Source: Eledone cirrhosa (taxonomy: Eukaryota). From it: a stretch of 64,000 bases of DNA. A program made the position numbers and the translations under genes. Shown piece after piece: positions 1 to 11,599 of this stretch. Location: contig OZ024746.1 in assembly GCA_964016885.1 (NCBI GenBank), forward strand, positions 14,508,001-14,572,000, given 5' to 3'. Within the stretch, counting starts at the first letter, position 1, and each line of letters starts with the position of its first letter. The notes beneath the pieces were generated by a model. The model worked only from the letters and a program-made list of their open reading frames with translations. It made no database searches and had not been told where the DNA came from.

Positions 1-100
1 AATAGATGTAAAATAAGGTATTTCTTTCTTGAAGCCTACACCTCGAATAACAATATTCTAGTTAATAAGCTACTTCATGCACTTCTGGGGCTTTCTTTTA

Positions 101-162
<62 letters not shown>

Positions 163-1221
163 GGGGGGTCTTCAAGAAAGAAATATCCTATATTACATCT
201 ATTTTACTCATTATATATATTCAAAAAATATTTCACGTAGGTTCCTAAAAGATTTTTGAAACAATTTATTATTCTGTTAAGCTCTAATGATATGGATGTG
301 ATTAGAAAAATAAAAATAAAATGTCTTCATATCAACAAAACCATTCACATGCTAAGATAAATGAATAGAAAATCAAATATATTTCTGGCTCATTCAACAG
401 CTCATACCTAAATCTGGATCTGGCATAGTTATAATCTTAAATATTCAAATATATTTACGAGAAACTGAATTCCTGTATCCAATCGACATTTTGAGCTTTT
501 CATTTTGGTTATCACATCTAAGAAAAGAACTTGCTTCATTCGACTGGAAAGTGAACATTCTTTCTTATTCAAATATACATGTCATTTCTCTGGATAAAAG
601 AGAAGCAATATAATTTTATCGAAATGTAGTATTGGTATTTGAAATCATATGCAAATAGTTCAAATACATTTTGATTGAATATTATTCATGAAATATTTGA
701 AACGACAGATATTTTGTATCCTCGTTCTTTTTTGCCTGATCCTCAAAGGAATTATATAAAAATTATTCCTAGATATTTCTTGAGAAATGGAATATAGTTG
801 ATAGACGCAACACGATTATCCAATAAAATGAGCATATTTTTATATTTATTTTAATCATGCATATCCAAATACTGATGTACAGCGCCATATTTTAGTGTTT
901 ATTATATTTCCTTCTTCGCCATTTAACCATATTAGCCTGGCGATCAATTTTATCTAAATGTTTCAAGCAATCAAATATTCACAATTATATGCTAGTGTGT
1001 AATTTATCACTCGCAAATACATGACCATTTCGCTTGATTATGTGTGTGTGTATCTGTATGTGTGTGTGTGTATCTGTATGTGTGTGTGCGTGAGCGTGCG
1101 TGTGTGTGTGTATGCGTGTGTGTGTGTGTGTGTGCGTAAACAGAAATAAATATCAAAGCTGTCGAAACGGTACAATGAAGTAATATATTAGTTTAATATA
1201 TTATTTTAATATGAAAAGAGT

Positions 1222-1255
1222 CTTAACGTTTCGGACAGAAGTCCTTCATCAGAAA
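1222..1255 (-). ncRNA. Minimal type I hammerhead ribozyme (family 1)
   Basis: Minus strand reads ttt-CTGATGA-A-GGAC ttct GTCC-GAAA-C-GTT-aag. Core is intact, helix II is 4 bp, helix III is reduced to palindromic ACGT and helix I is 3 bp. It lies in an island (about 1137-1380) between (GT)n and (TA)n. Confidence 0.7.
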
Positions 1256-1586
1256 GTACAATGAGAAATAAAAGATGAAGTGGAAAGATTAAGACTGAGA
1301 AAAGAAATGAACGGGGAAAATGAGAAAAAACAGTTATATATATTCAGATGGGGGTACGTGGGTAGCGTATGTGAATTTGTATATATATATATATTTACTC
1401 AGGTTTGAGGTTCACCACTGGATAGAGCTGGTCTATTCCGTATGGTCAATCGCAATGTAATAATATAGAGAGTACTCAACGTAAAGCAGTTCAACCGTCT
1501 TTGTTTTTGGTGGTGCTAGTACGGAGTCAAATATTATAATGAAATGACAGGAGGCTGGATTTGTGTAAATCCTTGAAAGGTTTATT

Positions 1587-1644
1587 ATACTATGATCATT
1601 TCAATGACCGGGTTCCGTATGAATCCGGTGATATCATCAGGTAT
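1587..1644 (-). ncRNA. Type I hammerhead ribozyme (family 2)
   Basis: Minus strand: atac-CTGATGA-t ATCACCGGATTC atacg GAACCCGGTCAT t-GAAA-TGATCA-TA-gtat. Palindromic helix III (ATGATCAT), AUA triplet, AATAAA immediately 3'. The island (about 1395-1728) is flanked by (TA)n. Confidence 0.8.
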
Positions 1645-1726
1645 TCGAAATATAATACGTGAATGTAATAGATAAAATCCATGGGACTGAAAATCGAGGA
1701 CCCGAGGGCGACCGCTATCCAGCACC

Positions 1727-1764
<38 letters not shown>

Positions 1765-1804
1765 AAAAAAGATGAAATCGAAAATGAGAATATTTATTTG
1801 GTTC

Positions 1805-1840
1805 CTTTACCGGTTTCGCAGTTCTTATGCTTTTCAAAAG
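1805..1840 (-). ncRNA. Hammerhead variant with U3-A8 core (family 3, copy 1)
   Basis: ctt-TTGAAAA-GCA taagaac TGC-GAAA-CCGG-TA-aag. Confidence 0.65.
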
Positions 1841-1889
1841 TAGAATTGAGATGGAGGAGAAAAACCACAAACCCTCCATCTCAATTCTA

Positions 1890-1925
1890 CTTTTGAAAAG
1901 CATAAGAATTGCGAAACCGGTAAAG
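1890..1925 (+). ncRNA. Hammerhead variant with U3-A8 core (family 3, copy 2)
   Basis: ctt-TTGAAAA-GCA taagaat TGC-GAAA-CCGG-TA-aag, with AATAAA about 6 nt downstream. Confidence 0.65.
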
Positions 1926-2043
1926 GAACCAAATAAATATTCTTAAAAAGATTCCAGTTGCATTTTCGATTTCATCTTTTTTTCCTTATACTTTCACTCG
2001 TGTAAGACATCTCGTTTTTTTTTCATTTTGGAAAAGAAAACTC

Positions 2044-2075
<32 letters not shown>

Positions 2076-2213
2076 TAGAAAGTGAGGTTTTTTTTACAAA
2101 ATGAAAAATAACCGAGGTGTCCTACACGAGTGAAAGTATAAAGAATAAAAGATGAAATCGAAAATGCAACTGGAGTCTTATTTTTAAAAAATATATATAT
2201 ATTTATTTGGTTC

Positions 2214-2249
2214 CTTTACCGGTTTCGCAGTTCTTCTGCTTTTCAAAAG
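2214..2249 (-). ncRNA. Hammerhead variant with U3-A8 core (family 3, copy 3)
   Basis: ctt-TTGAAAA-GCAG aagaa CTGC-GAAA-CCGG-TA-aag, 4-bp helix II. Confidence 0.7.
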
Positions 2250-2706
2250 TAGAGTTGAGATGGTGGGTCTGTGGTTTTTCTCACATCTGGTTGGTCTTTG
2301 AATGGAAAAAAGTGGCTCGAAACGCCAGGTTTTTAGAGAAGTAATTTGATTGGTTGGTCAATAAGTATAATAAATTTCGCGCCAGTTCGCGTTACAAAGT
2401 TCTTCAAATAAGGGGAGGGGCTCAGGTTGTTTTTTCATATATGAGTGTTTGAATTTCTTTTTACTTAAAAAGGGGGCTCACGAAGGCTTTTTTTTTTATT
2501 TGATTGGTTATAAATGAAATTATGGCTGTCACGTGAACAAGTTCATTAAATTTCGCGCCCGTATTTTGGGAATTTATTTTGTAGCCTTTTAGAGAATTTT
2601 ATGACAAGCAAAAGATAATGGTCAAGAGAAATGGGATGGGAGAATTTTTCTGGTTCAGTGAATATGGTTGGTTCGCTTATCTTTTGCTTGTCATAAAATT
2701 CTCTAA

Positions 2707-3510
2707 AAGGCAAGGGAGAGGGCAGGGGTTGACGGTGGCAGGGATGCGGCTTGGTTAGGCATGGCAGTCTTGAAGGAGCACGGCGGGCAAGCAAAATAAA
2801 AGGCTGAGGAGGGGATGGCGGCTGACAGATCATGGATGCGGCATGGTGAAACATGACGATGCAGTGGATCGACGACGTGCAGGGAAGGGAGATGGCCGGG
2901 ATTGACGGTTGCAGAGATTCCGCATGGTGAGCCATGGCACTCGTGAAGGACCAAGGCGTGCGGGTAAGGGAGAGGGCAGGGGAGAGCATGGCGGCTGACA
3001 GAGCATGGATGCGGCATGGTGAAACATGACGATGCAGTGGGACGACGGCGTGCAGGGAATGGAGAGGGCAGGACTTGATGGTGGCAGGGATGCGGCTTGG
3101 TTAGGCATGGCAGTCTTGAAGGAGCACGGCGGGCAGGCAAAAGAAAGGGCTGAGGAGGGGATGGTGGCCGACAGGGCAGTAATGCGGTATGGTGAGGCAT
3201 GACGATGCAGTGGGACGACGGCGTGCAAGGAAGGGAGAGGGCAGGGGTTGACGGTGGCAGGGATGCGACTTGGTCAGGCATGGAAGTCTTGAGCTCTCCC
3301 GGAGTGTAGGCAATGGAAATGGGCAGGGGTGGACGGTGGCAAGGATCGGCATGTTGAGCGGTGGCAGTCCTTAGGGACCACGGAGGGCAGGCAATGGAAA
3401 GGACCAGGGAATGAATTGCGGCTGACAAGGCAGAGATGCGCATGGTGATGCACAACGATGCAGTGCGTCAACGGCGTGCAGGGAAGGGAGAGGGCAGGGG
3501 TTGACAGATG
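2707..3510. repeat. GC-rich minisatellite, about 86-bp subunits in about 173-bp higher-order units
   Basis: AGGGAGAGGGCAGGGG-like motifs recur at about 2713, 2886, 2968, 3060, 3146, 3232, 3320, 3400 and 3486. Confidence 0.75.
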
Positions 3511-3689
3511 CTTCATTATGCTACGGTAGTGGGACCACGGGAATGAAGAGAGCGCATGGAGGCTCGATGATCGCTTGAGAAGACTGGGTGCAATACAGGA
3601 TGATACGCGGCGGTATAGTCTTGATAGTCCTTATATAAGAAATGGAAGAATCGGCTTAAAAGGTTTGCTGAATATGGTGAGCGTTAATT

Positions 3690-4197
3690 TAAAGAAACTT
3701 ACGGTGGATAATCCTGATAGATTGAACGTTTTTTGCATGGCGTGAGTCGCGACAAATGGAAGCAAGAAGAATGGCGTTTTTCGGTTGCCTCTGGGGGTTC
3801 GATTATCAAGTACCTCACGTTTATCCCCGCATCAAAATACATACCTACGTCAAATTTCATTGGAATCGGACAAATTTCGTAAATATCGATTTTTGCCTCT
3901 GGTGATCCAATTATCGATTTTCTAATTATCGAAAATTTAATGTAGCCCACGTTCATCCCCAGATCAAAATACACACTTGCGTCGAGTTTCATCGAAATCG
4001 GATGATTTTTGAAAATATCGACTTTTGGCTTCTGGGGGCCCGATTATCGATTTTTCGAAAATTTCAAGTAGCCTATTCCAATCTACGGGTCGAGTTTTAT
4101 ATGTGTTAAGTTTCATGAAAATCGGATGAACGGTGTAGCCTGCAAGTTCGGGACACCAAACAAACAAACAACGCACAACTTCACTTTATATACAAGA
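3690..4197 (-). mobile_element. Non-autonomous Helitron-like element, 5' part (may extend through the 2707-3510 minisatellite)
   Basis: Minus strand begins A|TCTTGTATATAAAGTGAAG..GTTTGTTTGTTTG..CCGATTTTCATGAAACTT, a typical Helitron 5' end. Internal subterminal repeats are present. No 3' CTAG was found. Confidence 0.5.
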
Positions 4198-4210
4198 TAT
4201 ATAATATATA

Positions 4211-4241
<31 letters not shown>

Positions 4242-4248
4242 TAATATA

Positions 4249-4359
<111 letters not shown>

Positions 4360-4439
4360 AATGAAAGCTAAGATTTCTGTAACAATCTAAACCTTTTTTA
4401 AACTACTTAAATAATTGCACCCACCACACGCCTCAAACA

Positions 4440-5125
4440 ATCCAAAATGTTATCTGTGAAATAGACACTGCCACACATAACATAACCACCACGAATACAG
4501 AGAAATACCCAATGCAAAATATATATCAACACGGAAGCAAAGGATTTAGCTACCCTGTGTAGATTGCCTTTCCCTCTAAATAGCCCTTCAGGATCACAAA
4601 CTAAACTTTCTTTCGAACTCTGAGAACGGGTTTATTAACTCCTCTAACTATGAGATAAAGATAATTCATCACCGTGCCCTCGACAGAATCAATTCCGTAA
4701 TCAGAAGAATGGCTATCCTAATTTAATGGAAGTCCAGCAACTCCGTCATCAGCTGCTTTCGCAACATCGAGAATAATTCAGCCTTCAGGCTCACCTAGTT
4801 TGACATCGTGGACTTTTAGCCTTCCATATCAAAACCACTCCTACTGAGAACTCTAGATTCCAATTAGCAATTCGCTAGCGTCAGTGACTTTGATTTATGA
4901 ATTCTGAAAACTAAGAATCAATACTGTTTCACAACTCATATTAGGTAAGAAAGGAAGGGGATAAGATCTTATAAGAACTTTCAAGGTCTTAGGAGAACTT
5001 AAACATCACAGTCACTCCAGCTTGACCAAAGCCGACTTTCTGGACATCACTTTGGACCTCAAAAGTGGTAAATCCTCCTCGAAGAATGCCTAACGAGGAA
5101 CTGGTATATATAAATAATTTGTCAG
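4440..5125 (+). pseudogene. Decayed Penelope-like element (PLE) reverse transcriptase fragment
   Basis: Manual translation across stops and frameshifts: INTEAKDLA..LQDHKLNF..INSSNYEIKIIHHRALDRINSVIRR..*WKSSNSVISCF..*FDIVDF*PSISKPLLLRTL..ADFLDITLDLKSG..PNEELVYINNLS. This matches PLE RT motifs (FDIxxFYPSI, FLDxTL). The catalytic YxDD region appears deleted. Confidence 0.75.
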
Positions 5126-5749
5126 TTGTTTGAAAGCATTTAATTCTTCTAGAACCAATCCAAAAGAAACTGAAAATAACAGTAAAGTTGGTGTCATCTG
5201 TTGGAAAGTAACATTAATGACATCGATCCTATTTGTCTCATGGCCACAACCCTTTCATCTAAACCAAATCACTGAAAAACACTTATAGGTTATGCAACTT
5301 CAGCAGTTACACACAAAAACAAATAGCTGATAGAACAACTTTTGGACATGTGATGTAGTTGACTATATAATATTTATGATATTACAAAATACGACAATAT
5401 TTCCAAGTTGGTCTATGGTAATAGGACTGTAGAACAACATGACAGATCATTGAATAGGGAATATATTGCATTGCTTATTTCTCTTTGCCATTATATTGTA
5501 AACATTATTGTATTTGAAGATTTTGTATCTAGATATCTCATTAAAATATCTTCCGTTTGTCAACACTTTGGTAAACAATTATTTATATCTAACTCTACTA
5601 CCCGCCTATGCTGAGGTACATGAGAAGATACTTCTTGTCTATGACGTAATCAGAATATGGCTTGATGGTAATGTTCTTATTTATTCCAGGAATTTGGTTT
5701 ACGTTAGTTTTATTCTTGTTTATATTTTATTAAAGCTTGAATGAAATGG

Positions 5750-6240
5750 TATAAGGGTTGGCTGAAAGGTTCATGTACTGGCTAAGATACTCTCATGGAA
5801 TGTGACCAAATAAGATTTATTTATCAACATAATCCTTCTTGCGATCCACACACTTCTCCCATCGGTGTTGCAGTGCTTGGATCCCATTGGTGACGATACT
5901 GGTTCCTAGGCAAGTGTGTTTTCATGTTAGGGGACAGATTGGGCCAAATCAGGAGAATAAAGAAGGTGGTCAACCAGTTCAAAGTCGCAGTCACGCACCA
6001 CAGCCATTGAAACCAAGGACTTGTGTATTGGAGCATTGTCCTGATGAAACAACACCCCTTTCATGGGCATTTGGTCTTGATAGCCTTTTGAAAGTTGGCA
6101 TAGTACTCTTCACTGATGGTGTGGCCCTCATTGAAGATAATCAACAATGCCCTTTGCATCCCAAAAAACTAAGGCCATCACTTCCCTTGTTGAAATTAAT
6201 GCATGTAAGATTTCACAGCTCTAGCATCACTCCTTTATAG
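5750..6240 (-). mobile_element. Mariner (Tc1/mariner) transposase 3' fragment with one terminal repeat
   Basis: Minus frames give FHQDNAPIHKS, FELVDHLLYSPDLA, PNMKTHL and GIQALQHRWEKCVDRKKDYVDK*. The end resembles a mariner TIR (TAAGGGTTGGCTGAAAGGTTC). Confidence 0.8.
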
Positions 6241-6750
6241 TCAGACTATGAACTATTCATCTCACCCTCATATATTGAATTAATTCATTTGCAATTAACT
6301 TTCATTCAAGCATTATCAGTATTTTTGTTTGTATCGACTATTTCGATAAAGCTTGCCTTCACGAAAGAATTCAATATTCAAATAACACTTCAGGTTTCTC
6401 TCAAAATACTCTAAAGATTTGTTCATACATTTAAAAACGGTATCTTCTCATTGTAAAAGAAATCTAAATATTTTATTTTAGAGAAAATCGTTCGAACGTT
6501 TACGGTTTTTAGAACAGTTTTTTAAATACCAGGTAATGAATGACTTCTTTGCATGAAAACTTAGATATCAGATAAAAGAAAATAAATTATATATAAAATT
6601 ATATATATTTCTTTCATTATCAACAAAGTGTTTCGCTTTTTAAATACATTTTTCATTCTATATGACTATTTCTCAAAATTGAATACCTCAGGTGCAAAAA
6701 TTCGAACTTTATAATATCAATACCAATTTATATTTATATGTGTGCATGGG

Positions 6751-6816
<66 letters not shown>

Positions 6817-6960
6817 TATATACATATATATATATATGTATATATGTCTGTATATATATGTATATATATCATGTGTGTAGGTGTATGTGTGTATGTGTGT
6901 ATGTGTGTATGTGTGTATGTGTGTATGTGTGTATGTGTGTATGTGTGAGGGTGTACACAC

Positions 6961-6989
<29 letters not shown>

Positions 6990-6991
<2 letters not shown>

Positions 6992-7174
6992 TTACATGAA
7001 ACAAAGTTCTGTTTAAATCATTTATTTGCTTACAATTGTTTCTTCCAAACCGAGGTTTGGAGTCTTCGGAGCAATTATTCAGTGATTTTTAACATACTTG
7101 ACCTCCTTTTCAACACAAGAGACATATAGAAACTAATGTATATATTGACCCACAGAACTTTGTTTCATGTAATC
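6990..7174 (-). mobile_element. Microsatellite-inserted HHR element (family 4) with 23-bp inverted terminal duplication
   Basis: GATTACATGAAACAAAGTTCTGT (6990-7012) is inverted at 7152-7174. The element contains an HHR. Confidence 0.6.
7026..7074 (-). ncRNA. Type I hammerhead ribozyme, U4>C core change (family 4)
   Basis: ttgct-CCGAAGA-c TCCAAAC ctcg GTTTGGA a-GAAA-CAATTG-TA-agcaa. Helix I is 5 bp, helix II is 7 bp, helix III is palindromic ACAATTGT, and AATAAA lies 3'. Confidence 0.7.
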
Positions 7175-7230
7175 TCTATATAACTGCTCTGTAAAACAAC
7201 TGATGTTGTTACATTGAGCTATTTATCTTA

Positions 7231-7337
7231 CTGGTAATAAGATAGTAATAAATTACTGTCTTTCACTATTTAGGGTATAATATATATATAACTATAAAAG
7301 GTTTTAGTATATACATAACCATAAATAGTATCCGTAA

Positions 7338-7427
<90 letters not shown>

Positions 7428-8036
7428 TTAAGGATACTATTTATGGTTATGTATATACTAAAACCTTTTATAGTTATATATATATTATACCCTAAATAGT
7501 GAAAGACAGTAATTTATTACTATCTTATTACCAGCTTATTTTTAGATATCCACCGAAAGAAAATTAATATTTGCTTCCTTTACACACACACACACAGACA
7601 CACAGACACACACACAAACACACACACACACACATAATACACACACGTGCACACATTCACATATACACACATAATATGTATGTATAAATATATATACATA
7701 CACACACGTGCACACATTCACATATTCACACACATAATATGTATGTATGTATGTATATATATGTATACATATATATATATATATAGGTATGTATATATGT
7801 ATATATATATATACATACATACATACATACATATTATGTGTGTGAATATGTGAATGTGTGCACGTGTGTGTATGTATATATATTTATACATACATATTAT
7901 GTGTGTATATGTGAATGTGTGCACGTGTGTGTATTATGTGTGTGTGTGTTTGTGTGTGTGTCTGTGTGTCCGTGTGTGTGTGTGTGTAAAGGAAGCAAAT
8001 ATTAATTTTCTTTCGGTGGATATCTAAAAATAAGCT
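7231..8036. repeat. Two abutting long palindromes, each centred on a (TA)n tract
   Basis: 7231-7342 is inverted at 7424-7534. 7533-~7770 is inverted at ~7800-8036. There is about one mismatch per arm pair. Confidence 0.85.
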
Positions 8037-8400
8037 TTTTTTAAGTCAAAGCAATTCATATTAATGAAAAAGGTTGGTTTTTAACTTTTGTTTTTCTCCT
8101 TGGAAACCAATTAGTATGTCAAATGTAATTCTCTTGTTTTATCTGTGTTGGGTCTCTAAACACCGAAGTAATGATTATTTTCTAAATAAATTATGTCAAT
8201 TGATACGTTTGCTAACTTTTAATTTTACTTGCTAGAAATATCAAACTTCGTTCAATGAGAATTGTAAACACGTGTTATTTATTTGGTCTTTAGAAGCCCT
8301 ATTTCAGTTCTTTTCATTTTCTATAGTTCATGAAACGCAATTCTGATAAAGTATATATCCTTTGAATATAGATAATACGAAGTACCTAAGTTGACCATAT

Positions 8401-8567
8401 CAGACCTGCCAACCTCTAAAATCCCAAACGAGAAGTATCATGAAAAACAGTGCTCCAAAACATGGAGAAATGAGGCACAATGGGGAGATTGTACATAATG
8501 AAAGCCATACCCATTTTCACAAGTGTGTGGCTGATCTCCCCGTCGGACGGGGAGAGTTGGCAGGTTT
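8401..8567. mobile_element. MITE with short TIRs
   Basis: CAGACCTGCCAAC at the left end and GTTGGCAGGTTTG at the right end. No clean TSD. Confidence 0.55.
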
Positions 8568-8889
8568 GCTATATTAACGTGGGTCTGCGTATCTTAGATT
8601 ATAGGAGAGTAAAATTTAAGTAAAATTTATTGAATATATTTGCTGTATACAAAAATCCTAGTATGAAACTAATAAAATTATTAAGTGATGTAATTTGTCC
8701 AGTCTATAAACTATTATATCATTAGAGGTGTAGTAATGTTCAAATGTTTCCGTGATCCACACAAATGGATATCGTAGATATTTAAGGCCATAGATTTAAG
8801 CAGATGTGAAAATGTAAATGCTGTGTAGTGTTTCTTTAGAGTTCTTTGCTAAACATAATTTTCCCATTGATATAGTCCAAAATGACTTG

Positions 8890-9252
8890 GGCTCCGATGT
8901 ATGTCATGGGTGTGGCGGTAGTTAAAGGGGAGGTGCTAGTCACAGGTAGGGAAGGGTACAGTGATTGTGCGGATGTCTTCTAAGGAGTGCTTTAGAATTT
9001 AAATGGAGTGAAGGTGATCCTGGATAGAGTGGAGGTTGAACACGTGGAGGGGTCAAGTCACCTAGTAGGCGGGTCTTCTCACGAGCCTTTGCCTCATGCG
9101 TCATAAGGTTCAACTTTCTAAAGTCGGTCTTCACTACCACATCCGATGCCTTCCTAATTCTGCCTCTTCCACGAGTCTCAACCATTGAGATTTCTATTCT
9201 GCACTTCTATATACAGCTGTCATCCTCCATACACATCACATGTACACACCAA
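8890..9252 (-). mobile_element. RTE-type LINE 3' fragment
   Basis: HVMCMEDDSCI..VETRGRGRIRKASDVVVKTDFRKLNL resembles the RTE ORF C-terminus (GRGRP.KTW). Confidence 0.65.
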
Positions 9253-10401
9253 AACATTGTTCATTGATAACAGTGCTGACTATTAGTGAACATATACCAC
9301 ACAGATTGACAATTTCTATGGAAATTCAATATCTATGTAACCGGGGTTGGCATTCTCAGAAGATAAACCACGAGCAAAAACTAAACAAAACAAATAAAAA
9401 TCATTAAAAAAACAAATCAACAAGTATAAATTCAGTGTATAACGCTATGAATTGGAGGAAGATATGTGGCTGTTTCGAACAGTTGTCTTTTGTTAAGATA
9501 TGAAAGAAGAGAAAAACGATATAGAAAGAAAAGAACGCTCATACAGTTATACAAGAAACAGCATGAGAAATAATAATAGAAAGGAACTAAAGGAGAGAAA
9601 AAAAGCTACTTGCTGAGAAGACTGATCAGGGTGGCGTACTAATGCCAAACAAGGGATAAAGGAAGAATTATGTGAGAGGATGTATGTGTGTAGAAGAGAG
9701 GGTATTTAATTCTAGGAGAGCTTGTTTAGGTGCGTGCATGAATGTTAAAGGGGGAAGGATGAAAAGAAAACTCAATGTAGTGTTAGCAATTGTGGATTCA
9801 ATTATATAATACCGTGTAAGAATGATGTTGATACAATAGCTTTAGAACTAATAGGTAAAGAAATGTGTTTTGGGGTATTAAGGCAGTTGATTGAAGTTTT
9901 TTCATTCATCATATTTAGAATGCGAGACTCTACACTTAGAGATAGTGCTATTTTTTTTATATTATCGGATTATCCCTGCTTGCGAATAAGAGAGCATATA
10001 TGGGGTAGTTTGATCTGCTAGAGAGAGCAGCTAAATTTTCTACTAATCACACCCTACCATCTTGTAAAATTATAGAAAACATCAGATACTATAATTTTAT
10101 ATGACAGGAGAGTAATGGCAAGGGTGGCTTGGAATAAATTTAACCTTTAGCCAAACAACAACCACAATGCTACAATTGTAAAACAAAATATGTTCACTAG
10201 AAGTGTATTTATCTATATTCGAAAAACTACAAAACTATATTGGAAATGTTAGCAAATGTTCTTTTAAACATTATAGGTATAAACAGTAAGTAGTGAGACA
10301 TGTTAAATAAGGTGTCAATATTTATTTTACAAAGTATAACTCTATCATTGTATTATCTGTTAATCCTGTTTATATGTTATTTAGGTAATGTTGAATATAA
10401 T

Positions 10402-10605
10402 TGTGTGACTTAGTGATTAGAGTGTTGGATTGACATCGTGCGATTGTGAGTTCGATTCTCGGACCGGGCGATGTGTTGTGTCTTTGAACTAAACATTTTA
10501 TTTCCCGTTGCTCCAGTTCACTCAACTGCAGAAATGAGTTGAGATGTCACTGGTGCCAAGTTGTATCGGCTTATGCCTTTCCCTTGAATTACATCGGTGG
10601 TACTA
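10402..10605 (+). mobile_element. tRNA-derived SINE, second family (CORE-like central domain)
   Basis: A-box-like TGACTTAGTGA and B-box GAGTTCGATTC, followed by GTTGTGTCTTTGAACTAAACATTTTATTTCC..CCAGTTCACTCAACTG. Confidence 0.55.
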
Positions 10606-10802
10606 GTCACGCCTGGTCTAGCAAGCCGGCGATGAAAAATAAACCAGATAACAATATAGCAAACAGGAGACCACGTTCTAAAGGAACTTCTGAACTGACC
10701 TACCTGGTGTTGGAGAAAGAAGATAATGATTGAATATATTTATGCATCTTTAACAATTCCTTCTACATTTACGTTTATGCAGGCAAAATCACTGTCTTTT
10801 AA

Positions 10803-11025
10803 CCCTTTAGCATTTAAACTGGCCATATCCGGCCAGAATTCTCTCACATCTTTCTGATCAAACCGGCTGTAACCGGCCACTCATACAGACATTAAGGTAT
10901 TATTCTCAAAATAAATAATATTAAAATCTCATAGGCTAGATATTATGTGGAATAATTATGCGAGATAAAGTGTTTACCGTGAAAATACAATCGTATATAT
11001 ATAGAGTAATGTAAATGCTAAAGTA
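10803..11025. mobile_element. piggyBac-like MITE
   Basis: TTAA|CCCTTTAGCATTTA on the left and TAAATGCTAAAG at 11012-11023. The right TTAA is decayed. Confidence 0.45.
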
Positions 11026-11599
11026 TTATAAACTTCGTTGAACATAATTAGTTTTATTGGTTTCTAATATAAGGATTATAACATTTATAAGTACAGCTGA
11101 AATAAATCAGACAAATGTTTACGTATTATATGCTTTCTTAGCTATATAAGCTTATATGTCTTAAACAAACTTCTCTTCTTCTTTGCTCACTTATTCCTGA
11201 GAGGGTCATGGGGGAAGAATCCTCAAACACTCTTTTCAGAGGGTTCTATCAGAAGCAACCGTGTCCAACTGAACCGGCTAGACCCCAGGCGATTGTTCGC
11301 CTTAAACAAGCACTATGTTGAAATATTCTCTGGCGCATATAAAAAAGAAGAGTATAAAACACAATATCATTTTCATATATTCAATGAGAAAACATTAAAT
11401 CATTGTTGTTTTACAATAACGATTAGGGTTCACGTTTTCAGTCGTATTTAATGTTAGGACTCACATTTTTCATAATTAATTAATCGAAATCAACTAGGGC
11501 TATTTCTTGTTTCTACAGCAATGTCTCTCAAAATACATTTTCAATATAGCAATCTCTAAAATTTACAATGTATATTGATTCATATCAAATATATTTTCG

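Larger units (their letters stand above)
1761..2700. mobile_element. (TA)n-inserted PLE-like element (family 3), three copies in -/+/- orientation
   Basis: 1761-1858 and 2075-2283 are reverse-complement copies of 1858-2052. The 3' ends meet tail-to-tail in the (TA)n at about 2053-2074, and each copy has an HHR variant. The right boundary is approximate. Confidence 0.7.

Noticed and set aside
2546-3516. Overlapping Pro/Cys/His-rich ORFs up to 250 aa
   Set aside because: They are open in several frames because of the GC-rich minisatellite, and have no domain signature.
9465-9503. Possible decayed U3-A8 type HHR on the minus strand (TTAACAA..GAAACAGC)
   Set aside because: G5 is missing, helices I and III do not pair, and it is not in a TA tract.
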